Shown: piece by piece, positions 34,793 through 47,900 of the stretch
Numbering within the stretch: the first letter of the stretch is position 1
How the letters are laid out: the number at the start of each line of letters is the position of its first letter
Assembly: GCA_950097015.1 (NCBI GenBank)
Contig: CATNEN010000028.1
Span: forward strand, 930,001-994,000
Reading direction: 5' to 3'
DNA: 64,000 bases
From: Macrostomum hystrix
Lineage: Eukaryota; Animalia; Platyhelminthes
Notes under the pieces: model-generated
What the model saw: the letters and a program-made list of their open reading frames with translations, nothing else
The model's database searches: none
What the model was told of the DNA's origin: nothing
Position numbers and translations under genes: made by a program

Positions 34793-37792
34793 ATGCCGCT
34801 ATTCGGCAGACGGTCGGTGGAGCCGGCAGACCGCCAGCGAAAACGCATCTACACGGAGGAAGAGATCAAGGAGCGACTCGAGGCAATGAATCCAGATATG
34901 CAGGTGTGTGCACACAGTTCACTCAATTAGGGCTGTACGAGGCTATTATACGATTGAATCAAATGAGACAGTCAGTCAGGCCTTAATTAATCTGAAGTTG
35001 ACAATTGCTGTGCCATGATATGAAATTTTCCGCAAATACAAACATATTGTTAGAGTACTTCACTAAAGTAACTATTGACAAGGCGACGGCCAATTCCTGA
35101 AGGCATATATATATAGACGATATAGTCTGGAGCTTAAACTGGAGGCTTCCAGAAAAACCAAAAAAGTATCAACTAAGCTTTCTAGACCGTCATCATCCTC
35201 GCCAACTATCTCCCCAAACTTCGCACCGTCGTGGCAGAACACTTTCATCCGGCTAGCCGAGATGCTGATGCACAAGGAGTCGCAGATGTTCCTGGACATT
35301 GTGGCCAAATCGCGCCAAGACATTCAAGAGGTCGGCGACTCGATCAAGGAAGAGCAGGAGGTGCTCAAGACGACGGCTAAGATACTCGGTGAGAAAATTT
35401 CGTTCGTTAACCGTCCGTGCCATCGAAGTGATGTTACAACGTTCTACCAAGCAAGCATTTTAACAATGCATGATGTCTGCAGCAGCTCTTGTGCATCTTC
35501 GGGATTGTTTTTTAGTTGCAAGCCTTAATAGACAAATTCATTTTTATACTTTCACATTTTTTTCTAGATGGTTGCCATGGTGACATAAATAGAGAATCCG
35601 TCTCTATCTCTGTTGTTCAGAATATTCCAGGGTGCCATTTCCGTCTCCGAGACTAAAATTCTTATAATATACTGTTCTCAGCCCCTTCAGGTTGTTTGAG
35701 TAGTGGAATTCGGCAAAAAGTGACCCACGATCGAGACTTTGCATGCTAATTTTTTATGCGCTGAGCTTGGCTATGACACCTTCATTAATATTTAGTAAAG
35801 TAAATCCACGTGATATGGTTCTTGCGCCCAAAATAGTATAGAACTAGCAACTTATAGCCCCCCTCCAGGTGGCCCTAACATAATCCTCAAAGAGGATAAA
35901 AGTGGGCAAACACCCTTAGACGAAAAATTTCTCTTTCCCATCAGGAAACCAACACGGGGGAGATGTCCGCCTGCAGGCAACCATTGCCCTCCCTGCAGAG
36001 TTTGACCCCTGCACCAGAAAAACAATGCCACCCTAGGCAGAGTGAGTTTTCCCCCTCCCCTTTAGTAAAGAACCAATGCCCCCTTCAACAGTCAACAAAT
36101 GATTCCTTTCGCAGAAAACTCGTAATTCCCCTTTTTAGCAGAGAAGCAATAACCTCTGATTTAATTCCTTTAGAATTGAAGCAGATGGATGAAATTTTCA
36201 AGGTCTAATGCGAGCAACATTTGGAATGTTTAGAAAAAAGGCGAGTAAGTCTGGTCAGAGCTACGCTCCACAGATAGACAAACTTTAAAGATTTAGTATT
36301 GGTGAATGGAAGTGCTTCTCTAGTAATATTGTGCAAATAACTAAAATTTATATAGAAAGACCAGCTAATCATGCGTTATAAAATGCTCATCGCTTCCATT
36401 GTGCTACAGATTTCTTATTATTGTCATTCTTCTAGCTACTACCTTGAAGGGCATTAACCAATCAATATAGTGACCACACATCTTCCCCTTGTCAATTATT
36501 CAACGCAGCTCGCGAACGCGGCGGAGCCGACAGTCTGGAATATGCCGACGTTGAAGACGAAGATTCCCAGACAAAGATCCACTTCGAGAGCGAGTACAAC
36601 AAGAAGGTTGTACAGGACTACCTGAAAGCGGTAGGCAGAGACATGCCAAACCGGAGCACTGAGGTGCAGAAACGGCGGAACTACAAGCTGAAGATGGATG
36701 GCGCCGGAGCCTCGTATGTACCGGAGTATGCTCGCCGCATCGGCCCGGACTCCGCGAGCAGCTCTGATCAGCGGCCCTACACAGCGGGCTCCAGCTCGCG
36801 CCCCGGCACCGCCTACCGGATGCGCATGAGCCGGCCTGGCGAGGACGAGGGCGCCTCGGCGATGGTCTCCGCCAGCTGGCAGGGCGACGAGGCTCCGCCG
36901 TCACGACAACGTGAGCGCACCATGGAGGAGGAGGCCAAAGTCAAGGAGGAGAAGGAGGAGCTGATGGAGCAGATGAAGATGATGGACGACATGATGCAGG
37001 GCGAGAAAGCGCGTCAGCAGGAGGCTTTGCAGGCGCGTAAAGAGGCTCGCAAGGCTCTCAAGGAGAAGAAAAAAGCCGATGAAGAGACTCAGGCGATGGA
37101 ACTGATGGAAACAAACCAGGAGGCTGAGGAGCAGTAAGTAGACTGCTAAACTACTAAGTCATCTCTTGACACTTCTTAATACGTTCATTTAAATCAATCT
37201 TTGCAGAAAGAGAAAGAACAAGGAGCGCCAGGAGCAGATTCTGAAAGAGAGACTGGCTAAGAAGCGCCTTGAGCGGCGCAAAACTCTGCAGGACATGGCT
37301 GCGGAGGAGCCGTCCGCGTCACACGCCGGTGGCAGCCATGTGCCAGCAGAGGAGCTCGCCCAGGAGCTGGAGCGAGAGCGGGGCATCACGCGCGCCAAGA
37401 CGAGCTTGGTGGACGAAGGAGCCGCCGCAGACGAATCTAAGGCAACCATCAAGAAGAAGGGCAAGAAGAAGCAGGCCGAGGAGGCGCCACCACCGCCACC
37501 TCCAGTAGAGGCTGACTGGGACGTTGCCGACGAAGCGACCAAGAAGACTCCTAGGAAGAAGAAAGGGAAGAAGGCCGACACCACCGAGCCGGAGGTGGTC
37601 GAAGAGGCCGCTAACGATGGCAATAAAAAGAAAAAGAAAAAGAAAGCCGCAGCTACTGCAATTGAGGCTCCGGGCGCCGAAGACACGGTGCTGAATTTGG
37701 AAGTCGGCAGCGCCGACGCACCTGTCCAGCGGAAGAAGAAGGGAAAGAAGAAGCTATCAGAGGATTTAGACCTGACTGTTTCCGAAGTCTAG
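34793..37792 (+). CDS. Uncharacterised coiled-coil protein with Lys/Glu-rich C-terminus; join(34793..34903, 35238..35388, 36509..37133, 37207..37792), ~490 aa
   Basis: Four GC-rich exons with GT-AG boundaries and compatible phases (0, 1, 2) give one continuous frame. No family recognised; additional upstream exons are possible. Confidence 0.7.
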
Positions 37793-40700
37793 CAAATGAC
37801 AGCCTTCTCTTTGCTTCTACTGCAGTGTATCTCACGTAGCTCGTAATTACTCTTAGATTCAGATTGGCATGGTCTTTATTTAATTTTTTCAGAGCCGGAA
37901 ATTCATAGATAAAATTGCAGCTATTTATCTCTGCAACAGAAAAGAGCACTTAATATAATTATTTGATCTTCATTTTTAGTTTCAGTTGTTTATTTTTCTT
38001 ATATAGTATACTCACTAAATGTAACAGCATCTCATCCAATTACTTGACTGCATATCTTTCTGAAATTTGCGGTATATAATGGTATAAATATATAACAAAA
38101 CTACTTGTGCTGCTTAATACTTCAACCATGCACTCGTCGAAAAAACTTTATGAAATGAAGAGCAATTAGATGTTGCATCTAAAATGCAGATTTACTGTGA
38201 AACCGACATCCAGTGACTTTGATAGAAAATAAGCACTTTTCATTGTGCCGTCGTAAAAATCTAACGAATGAAACGTATAAAACATTGAAATCCATCAACA
38301 GATGCAGCATGCATCAGCTCAGCGTCGTCGTCTCTCGACGTCGGAAAATCTTCCGACGCACTTGATGCATTTTTATGGTACAAAAAATTTTTTCGAAAGA
38401 ACCTGAAAAATTGTTGGATCTAAAATTCATCAGGTCTACAGCAACGGCGTGTTTGTGAGCGGCGATGATGATTCAGGCATAAAAACGCAGTGTAACCCCT
38501 AATCCGACGGAGAATCCCCATCTGGGCGTTTGGCAAGCACCTGCAAGAGTTGTTGGCTATCTATCTATCGAAGCAAGAAGAATCAAATTCTTCCGGCTCA
38601 AGCCATGAAATACAAGCGCAACAAGTGCATAGACGGTAATTTTAAGCAAATGCGGAGGAGCCTATTGGCATACATTACCCATAGGCTAAAACAAGAACTT
38701 TTGTTCGCATTTGTTTACACAATTTTTATATCGATTTTACCTTCTTAGACACTTCATTTTTGTTATATACATATGTTTTGTTATTGCGCGCTTTTTGAAT
38801 GTATTCGACTCTTCATTTTCAACTTGTAAACTTGTGATGCTTGCTTTATTGTCCAGCTATAACTGAAGCGACTGGTGCTATCACATTCTATTGTTTATCT
38901 AACTCATAATAGTGTGATATATAATAGTACCTAGTGCTAGACGATCCCTAGCGATCACATTCTCGATTTTCTTTAGTGAAGTTTCATATCATCTGCACCT
39001 GCACATGCTGCATGCATGCTCACTTACACTACAGTATGTCATATCGTAACATAATAGCTATAGAAGTAAAGAATAGTGTATATTAGATTATTTATTTGTA
39101 TTGGTGTATTGGCTCAGTGATATTGCATATGTCTCTGCGCTCACTGGCCTATGTTTCTACATATCAGGCTGTATAGAAAGAAGTAGGCCTAAAACAAATT
39201 TGAACCTGTTCTCCCGTGTTTAACTTTTTTAAATGTTAATCATTTTAAATCACTCTCTTTTAAATTGTATCACTATGTTTGTCTTGGCAATTCTAAAAGA
39301 AGCTTATGAAGAATCAATTAATTTGGTCTAGGCCAATCAAATAATTAATAAAACCAGGCATAAATAGGCAATCTGCTAGTTAAAAAAACAATTGAAATTT
39401 GGACATTTGAAAGCTTTACTATAGTGCTGTTTAAAGTTAAATTAGATATAATGTACAGTGAATGCATTTTAATTAGCCCATAGTTCAGATAGATCCTAGC
39501 TGGCGGAGACCATCACCGAGGCACCATTGTCCTTGCTAGGACAAAGTTGTAAGATGACGAATTGTCCAGGTACCAGTTCAGATCATGGCATAATGGATAC
39601 CAAACTGAGATTTCAGATTTTTTGATTGTATGTCAAGAACTATTCCTTGTATGCAAACTCCCAAAACTGTTACTAAGTGTATGCCAATAGGCCCCTACAC
39701 CAATTCTAAATGAAAATAGAATAAAAATTGTAACAAACAATTTAAGCTAATTCAGTAGCAAAGAAGCATTTTTTAATAACATGTATAATAAATATTGGAC
39801 AGATTGATTGAAAAAAAAATTGTAGCATATCATATTATTTATGTTTACCTAGTTAGTTTTCACTATTTTTTTTAAAAAATGTGGGTAAAATTATTTAAAA
39901 ATAAGAATTGTTTTCTTGACAGTTACTTTAGCTCATCCACAACTTGGTGCTTACATATAATTATACCAAGTGGATAGCTATACTATTTATCTACATACAC
40001 TAGGTGGAATGGACACTGGTTTGTGGGCCAACTTTATTTACTTATATAAATATATGCCAAGTGTATGTCAACAGCCATTCAAGACCCAAATGAATGCTGA
40101 ACTAGTATAGGCCACCTTCTGGACTATAGTAGATAGCATTGTGATCTATAATTCTAAATCATTAGTTAAATTGTTTGAGTTCAAAGTCAAGCCAAAGTGG
40201 AGTTTACTAATAGCAATTACAGTTTTGGCAGTTTTGTTGATACATGCATTAAGAGAAATAGTTCTTGAAAAGAGAATTGCTTGAAGATAATTTCACATGT
40301 GCTATGAGACTTGATTGGAAAAGCATTTTTACTTATTTGAAATTTGTAATTTGTAAAGTAAAAAAATATGACACAAATTATTTTGCATATCCTAAAAATT
40401 TCATTTTATATGTTAGACATGCCAAAATAAAAGAATTATATCATTTTGTATTGTTGTAGTAAAATATAAATTTATTCATAAGTGGGATAGTAATACAATC
40501 AGCAAGACACATTAAGACAAATTGTAATTATCCTGAAAGGGCTGATTAGCAACATTATGGTATTGCTAAAAAATCAGTTGGTCAGAAAACTTACATGTTA
40601 AAAGTAGCATAATGAAGCATTCCTATAAGATATTTTGTGGTATAAATTCAGTGACAGTGGTTGAGGTTGAATTGGCTTGATTTTTTGTTGGTAGACAGTT

Positions 40701-40844
40701 AGTTAAAAAGCTAAAAAGAACTCATTTGTATGTTATGCGGATAAATTGGCAGCAGAACAATTGGCAATTAGGAACCTAGTTGATTTGGCAACATAGAGTA
40801 TTGCATAGCAGGCAATATTCTATATTGCATAGTGTGTAGCTTGT

Positions 40845-40995
40845 AACCCAGCAGTCAGAGCTTTGGACTTCTGACCCAGAGGTCAAGAGTTCAAATCACA
40901 GCCAATCTCAGACAATTTGTGTCCCTGAACAAGAAAATTAATGCCTCAGTTTCTCAGTTCTCCCAGCTCTAAAATTAGTACTAGCATTCGATGGG
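40845..40995 (+). mobile_element. Diverged tRNA-derived SINE
   Basis: B-box-like GAGTTCAAATC, then GTGTCCCTGAACAAG...CAGCTCTAAAATTAGTACTAGCAT, homologous to the 18393 body. Confidence 0.5.
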
Positions 40996-41039
40996 ATAGA
41001 AATTATGGCAGGTAATTTGGCCTCCCCAGAGTCTTGGCT

Positions 41040-41228
41040 TGGCTAAACCAGAGTTTGAATCATGACAAAACCAGCATTTGAATCATGGCAAAACCAGAGT
41101 GTGAATCATGGCTAAACCAAAGTTTGAATCATGGCAAAACCAGAGTTTGAATCATGGCTAAACCAAAGTTTGAATCATGGAAAAACCAGAGTTTAAATCA
41201 TAGCCAACCAGAGTTTGAATCATGACTA
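41040..41228. repeat. 23-bp minisatellite (AAAACCAGAGTTTGAATCATGGC)
   Basis: About 8 copies. Confidence 0.9.
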
Positions 41229-41394
41229 AATTTTTCTTTTGTCATTGAATTGAATTCTCTACATTTTGATGATGTCATACATCTTATAACGTCATAATGA
41301 TATATACTCGTATTTGTATGATAATAATTTTGCCTAATATTCATTTAATTGTTGTTTTTCTCCATTTTCTACAAAAGCAGCTAATAAAAAACTC

Positions 41395-41585
41395 AACTGG
41401 GGAACATTTTCAACTGTGGATCATCATCAATGGGGAGTCATCATCAAATGGGGGATCATGGTCAACTGGGGGATCATTGTCAACTGGGGGATCATTGTCA
41501 ACTGGGGGATCATTGTCAACTGGGGGATCATTGTCAACTTGGGATCATCATCAACTGGGGGATCATTGTCAACTGGGCGATCATT
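41395..41585. repeat. 18-bp minisatellite (TCAACTGGGGGATCATTG)
   Basis: About 9 copies, ~350 bp upstream of the WDR33 ATG. Confidence 0.9.
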
Positions 41586-41940
41586 TTAGCTAAAAAAAAC
41601 TGAAAATACAGCTGCTAAAAAGTATATACTAAACGAATTAAAAATATTTCTGCTCCCCGAAGTGGGGCAAAACTTGCTAGTCCATGGACTAAAGCCTTTA
41701 AAAGTGCCACTCTATAGCTGCACCTGTGCCGGTAGCTGTGCATCTAGGGCGAAATTCGATTTTTATTCAATTCTATCACTTGGCATACATGTATATCCAA
41801 ATGTAAAACATTAGGTCACCAAATTTTTAATCCTCTTATTTCAGTTATGAAATGTTGCTCTAAACTGTGCCATACTATTGCTTTTTCAAAAGACAACATC
41901 TTTATATACTACCTGAAACAATTTCGGTTTCTAAGACCTG

Positions 41941-44900
41941 ATGGATTTCGAGCGTGACATGGACGAGGATGAGCACATTCCTGCCGGCTATGATGGAAAA
42001 CGGGCCAAGAAGGCGGTGTTCAGAAAGACCATAGACTATAATCATTCCGGCTTGAAGTATCTGACTGTAAGTACGCATCATAGATACTGGTGACGTAATC
42101 AGTGCCAGTGGAGGATTAGGGAGTGTGTATTATCAGTGCCAGTAGAGGATTAGAGAATGTGTGTAATCAGTGCCAGTAGAGGATTAGAGAATGTGTGTAA
42201 TCAGTGCCGGTAGAGGATTAGGGAATTTATGTAATCAGTGTCGGTAGAGGATTAGGGAATGTGTGTTATCAGTGCCGGTAGAGGGTTAGGGAAGGTGTAT
42301 TATCAGTGCCAGTAGAGTATTAGGGAAGGTGTGTTATCAGTGCCGGTAGAGGATTAGGGAAGGTGTATTATCAGTGCCAGTAGAGGATTAGGGAAGGTGT
42401 ATTATCAGTGCCAGTAGAGGATTAGGGAAGGTGTGTTATCAGTGCCGGTAGAGGATTAGGGAAGGTGTATTATCAGTGCCAGTAGAGGATTAGGGAAGGT
42501 GTATTATCAGTGCCAGTAGAGTATTTGGGAAGGTGTGTTATCAGTGCCAGTAGAGTATTAGGGAAGGTGTGTTATCAGTGCCGGTAGAGGATTAGGGAAG
42601 GTGTATTATCAGTGCCGGTAGAGGGTTAGGGAAGGTGTGTTATCAGTGCCAGTAGAGTATTAGGGAAGGTGTGTTATCAGTGCCGGTAGAGGATTAGGGA
42701 AGGTGTATTATCAGTGCCAGTAGAGGATTAGGGAAGGTGTATTATCATTGCCAGTAGAGGATTAGGGAAGGTGTGTTATCAGTGCCGGTAGAGGATTAGG
42801 GAAGGTGTGTTATCAGTGCCAGTAGAGGATTAGGGAAGGTGTATTATCAGTGCCAGTAGAGGATTAGGGAAGGTGTGTTATCAGTGCCGGTAGAGGATTA
42901 GGGAAGGTGTGTTATCAGTGCCGGTAGAGGATTAGGGAAGGTGTATTATCAGTGCCAGTAGAGGATTAGGGAAGGTGTGTTATCAGTGCCAGTAGAGGAT
43001 TAGGGAAGGTGTGTTATCAGTGCCGGTAGAGGATTAGGGAAGGTGTGTTATCAGTGCCAGTAGAGTATTAGGGAAGGTGTGTTATCAGTGCCAGTAGAGG
43101 ATTAGGGAAGGTGTGTTATCAGTGCCAGTAGAGGATTAGGGAAGGTGTGTTATCAGTGCCGGTAGAGGATTAGGGAAGGTGTGTTATCAGTGCCGGTAGA
43201 GGATTAGGGAAGGTGTATTATCAGTGCCAGTAGAGTATTAGGGAAGGTGTGTTATCAGTGCCGGTAGAGTATTAGGGAAGGTGTGTTATCAGTGCCGGTA
43301 GAGGATTAGGGATATGTGTAATCAGTGTCAGTAGTAGTAGAGCATTTGTAATATGTAACTAATTTTGTACTTTTAGTAGAATTCGAAAGTTAAAATATGA
43401 TCGTTTCATCAGGCAGTTTTTTTCCACCGTTGCTTCTCCCATAGGAGCGAGTGTTTCGTCCTGACTATTTCACTCGTCCGTTCATTGAGCCGGACTATCT
43501 ATTCCACGGAGAGGTAATATTAATAAGACTAACCCCGTGCTAAAAGTACTAAAAGTAATCTGAATTGAATAAGTTGTTGACTTTGTTTAACTATTCCTCT
43601 CAGATGCTACCTCCACTCGGCATGCTGGACTGTCCACTGAACTGCGTCACAGCCAAGCACATTCGGACATCGACTAACAAAAATAAATGCCCCATCTTCT
43701 CTGTCTGTGTAAGTTTTGCTTCGTGTCACAAGTTCTATTATGAGTAGATGATCATTTTCTTCGAGTATGACTATCCAAAATTAAATTAACACCGCAGTGG
43801 ACACCGGAGGGCAGGCGACTTATTACCGGCGCTGCTAGCGGCGAATTCACCCTGTGGAACGGATTGACATTCAACTTTGAAACCATTCTGCAGGTTAGAG
43901 ATTATCAAAGCAATCATTCGATTACTAAGCCTTGACTGTATTCAACAAAAATAATTATTAACTGCCAGGCTTAAAATTATTCATTAAATTACTGAACCCT
44001 TAAATCAATCACTTCATTTTCTAAAATCAATCATTTCATCACCAAAACCGTAAATAAATCATTGCCAAATCCTAAAATCAATCACTTCATTATACCTAAT
44101 CCTAAAATCACCCGCTAAAAAATAAGGATGTTTCTTTTGGTGATTCCAGTTGGAATCTGCGGTGTTTCCAGAAAAAGAAACAGCCGAACGCTGGAAACAT
44201 ACCAATCGGATGATTCCATGCTTAGAATCTACCCAACTGGGCGTCTTCTCGGTGCTTCTTGGTGGCGAAATGGAATCAACCAAAGAATCCTCCAGTTCGG
44301 AAGATTCCATGCTCAGAAACCGCCGAGGAATCGCCCTTAAATAAATCTCTGGTTGTCCCATGGGCCACTGGTTCGGGTGATTCTTCGGCGGTTTCCGCAC
44401 AATTTACGGTTACATCGGCTGCTTCCTGGGTGGTTTCTTTAACTCTTGCGAGATAGGGGGGATTTTGGTAGATTCCACTCCTATTTTGCACAAAAAACCC
44501 GCCGAAGAAGCACCCGAATTTTTTACAGGGCAATCACTTATTTACCAAATCCTAGAATCAATCACTTCATTACCAAATCCTAAAATCAATCACTTCAGTA
44601 CCAAATCCTAGAATCAATCACTTCATTACCAAATCTTAGAATCAATCACTTCATTACCAAATCCTAAAATCAATCACTTCATTACCTAATCCTAGAATCA
44701 ATCACTTAATTACCAACTCCTAGAATCAATCACTTCATTACCAAATCCTAAAATCAATCACTTCATTACCAAATCCTAAAATCAATCACTTCATTACCAA
44801 ATCCTAGAATCAATCACTTCATTACCAAATCCTAAAATCAATCACTTCATTACCAAATCCTAGAATCAATCACTTCATTACCAAATCCTAAAATCAATTA

Positions 44901-47900
44901 CTTCATTACCAAATCCTAGAATCAATCACTTCATTACCAAATCCTAAAATCAATCACTTCATTACCTAATCCTAAAATCAATCACTTCATTACCAAATCC
45001 TAGAATCAATCACTTCATTACCTAATCCTAGAATCAATCACTTAATTACCAAATCCTAAAATCAATCACTTCATTACCTAATCCTAGAATCAATCACTTC
45101 ATTACCAAATCCTAAAATCAATCACTTCATTACCAAATCCTAAAATCAATCACTTCATTATCAAATCCTAGAATCAATTACTTCATTACCAAATCCTAAA
45201 ATCAATCACTTCATTACCAAATCCTAGAATCAATCACTTCATTACCAACTCCTAGAATCAATCACTTCATTACCAAATCCTAAAATCAATCACTTCATTA
45301 CCAAATCCTAAAATCAATCACTTCATTACCTAATCCTAGAATCAATCACTTAATTACCAAATCCTAGAATCAATTACTTCATTACCAAATCCTAAAATCA
45401 ATTACTTCATTACCAAATCCTAGAATCAATCACTTCATTACCAAATCCTAAAATCAATCATTTCATTATCAAATCCTAGAATCAATCACTTCATTACCAA
45501 ATCCTAAAATCAATCACTTCATTACCTAATCCTAGAATCAATCACTTAATTACCAAATCCTAGAATCAATTACTTCATTACCAAATCCTAAAATCAATCA
45601 CTTCATTACCTAATCCTAGAATCAATCACTTCATTACCAAATCCTAAAATCAATCACTTCATTACCAAATCCTAAAATCAATCACTTCATTATCAAATCC
45701 TAGAATCAATTACTTCATTACCAAATCCTAAAATCAATCACTTCATTACCAAATCCTAGAATCAATCACTTCATTACCAACTCCTAGAATCAATCACTTC
45801 ATTACCAAATCCTAAAATCAATCACTTCATTACCAAATCCTAAAATCAATCACTTCATTACCAAATCCTAGAATCAATCACTTCATTACCAAATCCTAGG
45901 ATCAATCACTTCATTACCAAATCCTAAAATCAATTACTTCATTACCAAATCCTAGAATCAATCACTTCATTACCAAATCCTAAAATCAATCATTTCATTA
46001 CCAAATCCTAGAATCAATCACTTCATTACCAAATCCTAAAATCAATCACTTCATTACCTAATCCTAGAATCAATCACTTAATTACCAAATCCTAGAATCA
46101 ATTACTTCATTACCAAATCCTAAAATCAATCACTTCATTACCAAATCATAGAATCAATTACTTCATTACCAAATCCTAAAATCAATCACTTCATTACCAA
46201 ATCCTAAAATCAATCACTTCATTAACAAATCATAAAATCAATCACTTCATTATCAAATCCTAGAATCAATTACTTCATTACCAAATCCTAGAATCAATCA
46301 CTTCATTACCTAATCCTAGAATTAATCACTTCATTACCAAATCCTAAAATCAATCACTTCATTACCAAATCCTAAAATCAATCATTTCATTATCAAATCC
46401 TAGAATAAATTACTTCATTACCAAATCCTAGAATCAATCACTTCATTACCAAATCCTAAAATAAATCACAAATCCTAGAATCAATCACTTCATTACCTAA
46501 TCCTAAAATAAATCACAAATCCTAGAATCAATCACTTCATTACCAAACTCAAAACCAATCACTTCATTACTAAATCCTAAAATAAATCATAAATCCTAGA
46601 ACCAATCACTTCGTTACCAAACCTGAAGATCGATCATTTTATTACCCCTTACTCAGGCGCACGAGTCGTCCATTCGCTGCATGCTGTGGTCGCACAACGA
46701 GGACTGGCTATTAACAGCTGACAGCGCCGGCTACGTGAAGTACTGGCAGGCCAACATGAACAATGTGAAGATGTATCAGGCCCACAAAGACCCCATTAGG
46801 GGCTGCAGGTGTGCTACTTAATTTTTTACTCTAAATAAATGATTAATAAAAGTAAATTTAAGTATCGACATTGAAGAGTTTGCGAGGTTTCCATATTTGG
46901 GAGTCTTGATCGCTTCTTCAATAAGACGGTTTTTCTGTCGCGCACATACTTTGATGAAACGCTGGCGCCAGGCTTATATAAACTAAATAAATAAACTATT
47001 AACTGTGCTGGATAAAACTGGATAAAACGATAATGCAGTCAGATTTTAGGTGAAGCAGTGAGAGATTTTAGGTGAAGCAGTGAGAGATTTAAGGTCAAGC
47101 AGTGAGAGATTTTAGGTGAAGCAGTGAGAGATTTAAGGTCAAGCAGTGAGAGATTTTAGGTGAAGCAGTGAGAGATTTAAGGTCAAGCAGTGAAAGATTT
47201 TAGGTGAAGCAGTGAGAGATTTAAGGTCAAGCAGTGAGAGATTTTAGGTGAAGCAGTGAAAGATTTTAGGTGAAGCAGTGAGAGATTATAGGTGAAGCAG
47301 TGAGAGATTTAAGGTCAAGCAGTGAGAGATTTTAGGTGAAGCAGTGAGATATTTTAGGTGAAGCAGTGAGAGATTTTAGGTGAAACAGTAAGAGATTTAA
47401 GGTCAAGCAGTGAGAGATTTTAGGTTAAGCAGTGAGAGATTTTAGGTGAAGCAGTGAGAGATTTAAGGTGAAGCAGTGAGATATTTTAGGTTAAGCAGTG
47501 AGAGATTTTAGGTGAAGCAGTGAGAGATTTAAGGTGAAGCAGTGAGATATTTTAGGTGAAGCAGTGAGATATTTTAGGTGAACCAATGAGAGATTTTAGT
47601 TCTATCATTTACTTACTGCTTTAGGCAATGAAGAGATTGTATAACAGCTCTATTATACTGATTGATCAAAACAGTTCTAATCTCATCGTGAGTTTGAATT
47701 CTTTTATCGAAGACGTTGCCAATAAACTTTTTGCACGCAACAATCTTATTGTGATGGCCAAGAAAATAAACGCTATCGAGTTTAATCTATAGAATGGGAT
47801 CGGACATTTGGCCACACGGTACTAGAATTTAGTTTTGCATTTGTTTCCTTCGATTGCTGTTGCATTTCAAGGCTGTGTGCTGGTTGGTCTTTCCCTTAAT

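Noticed and set aside
42100-43330. TTAGGG motifs suggesting interstitial telomeric sequence
   Set aside because: There is only one TTAGGG per 34-bp unit, never in tandem.
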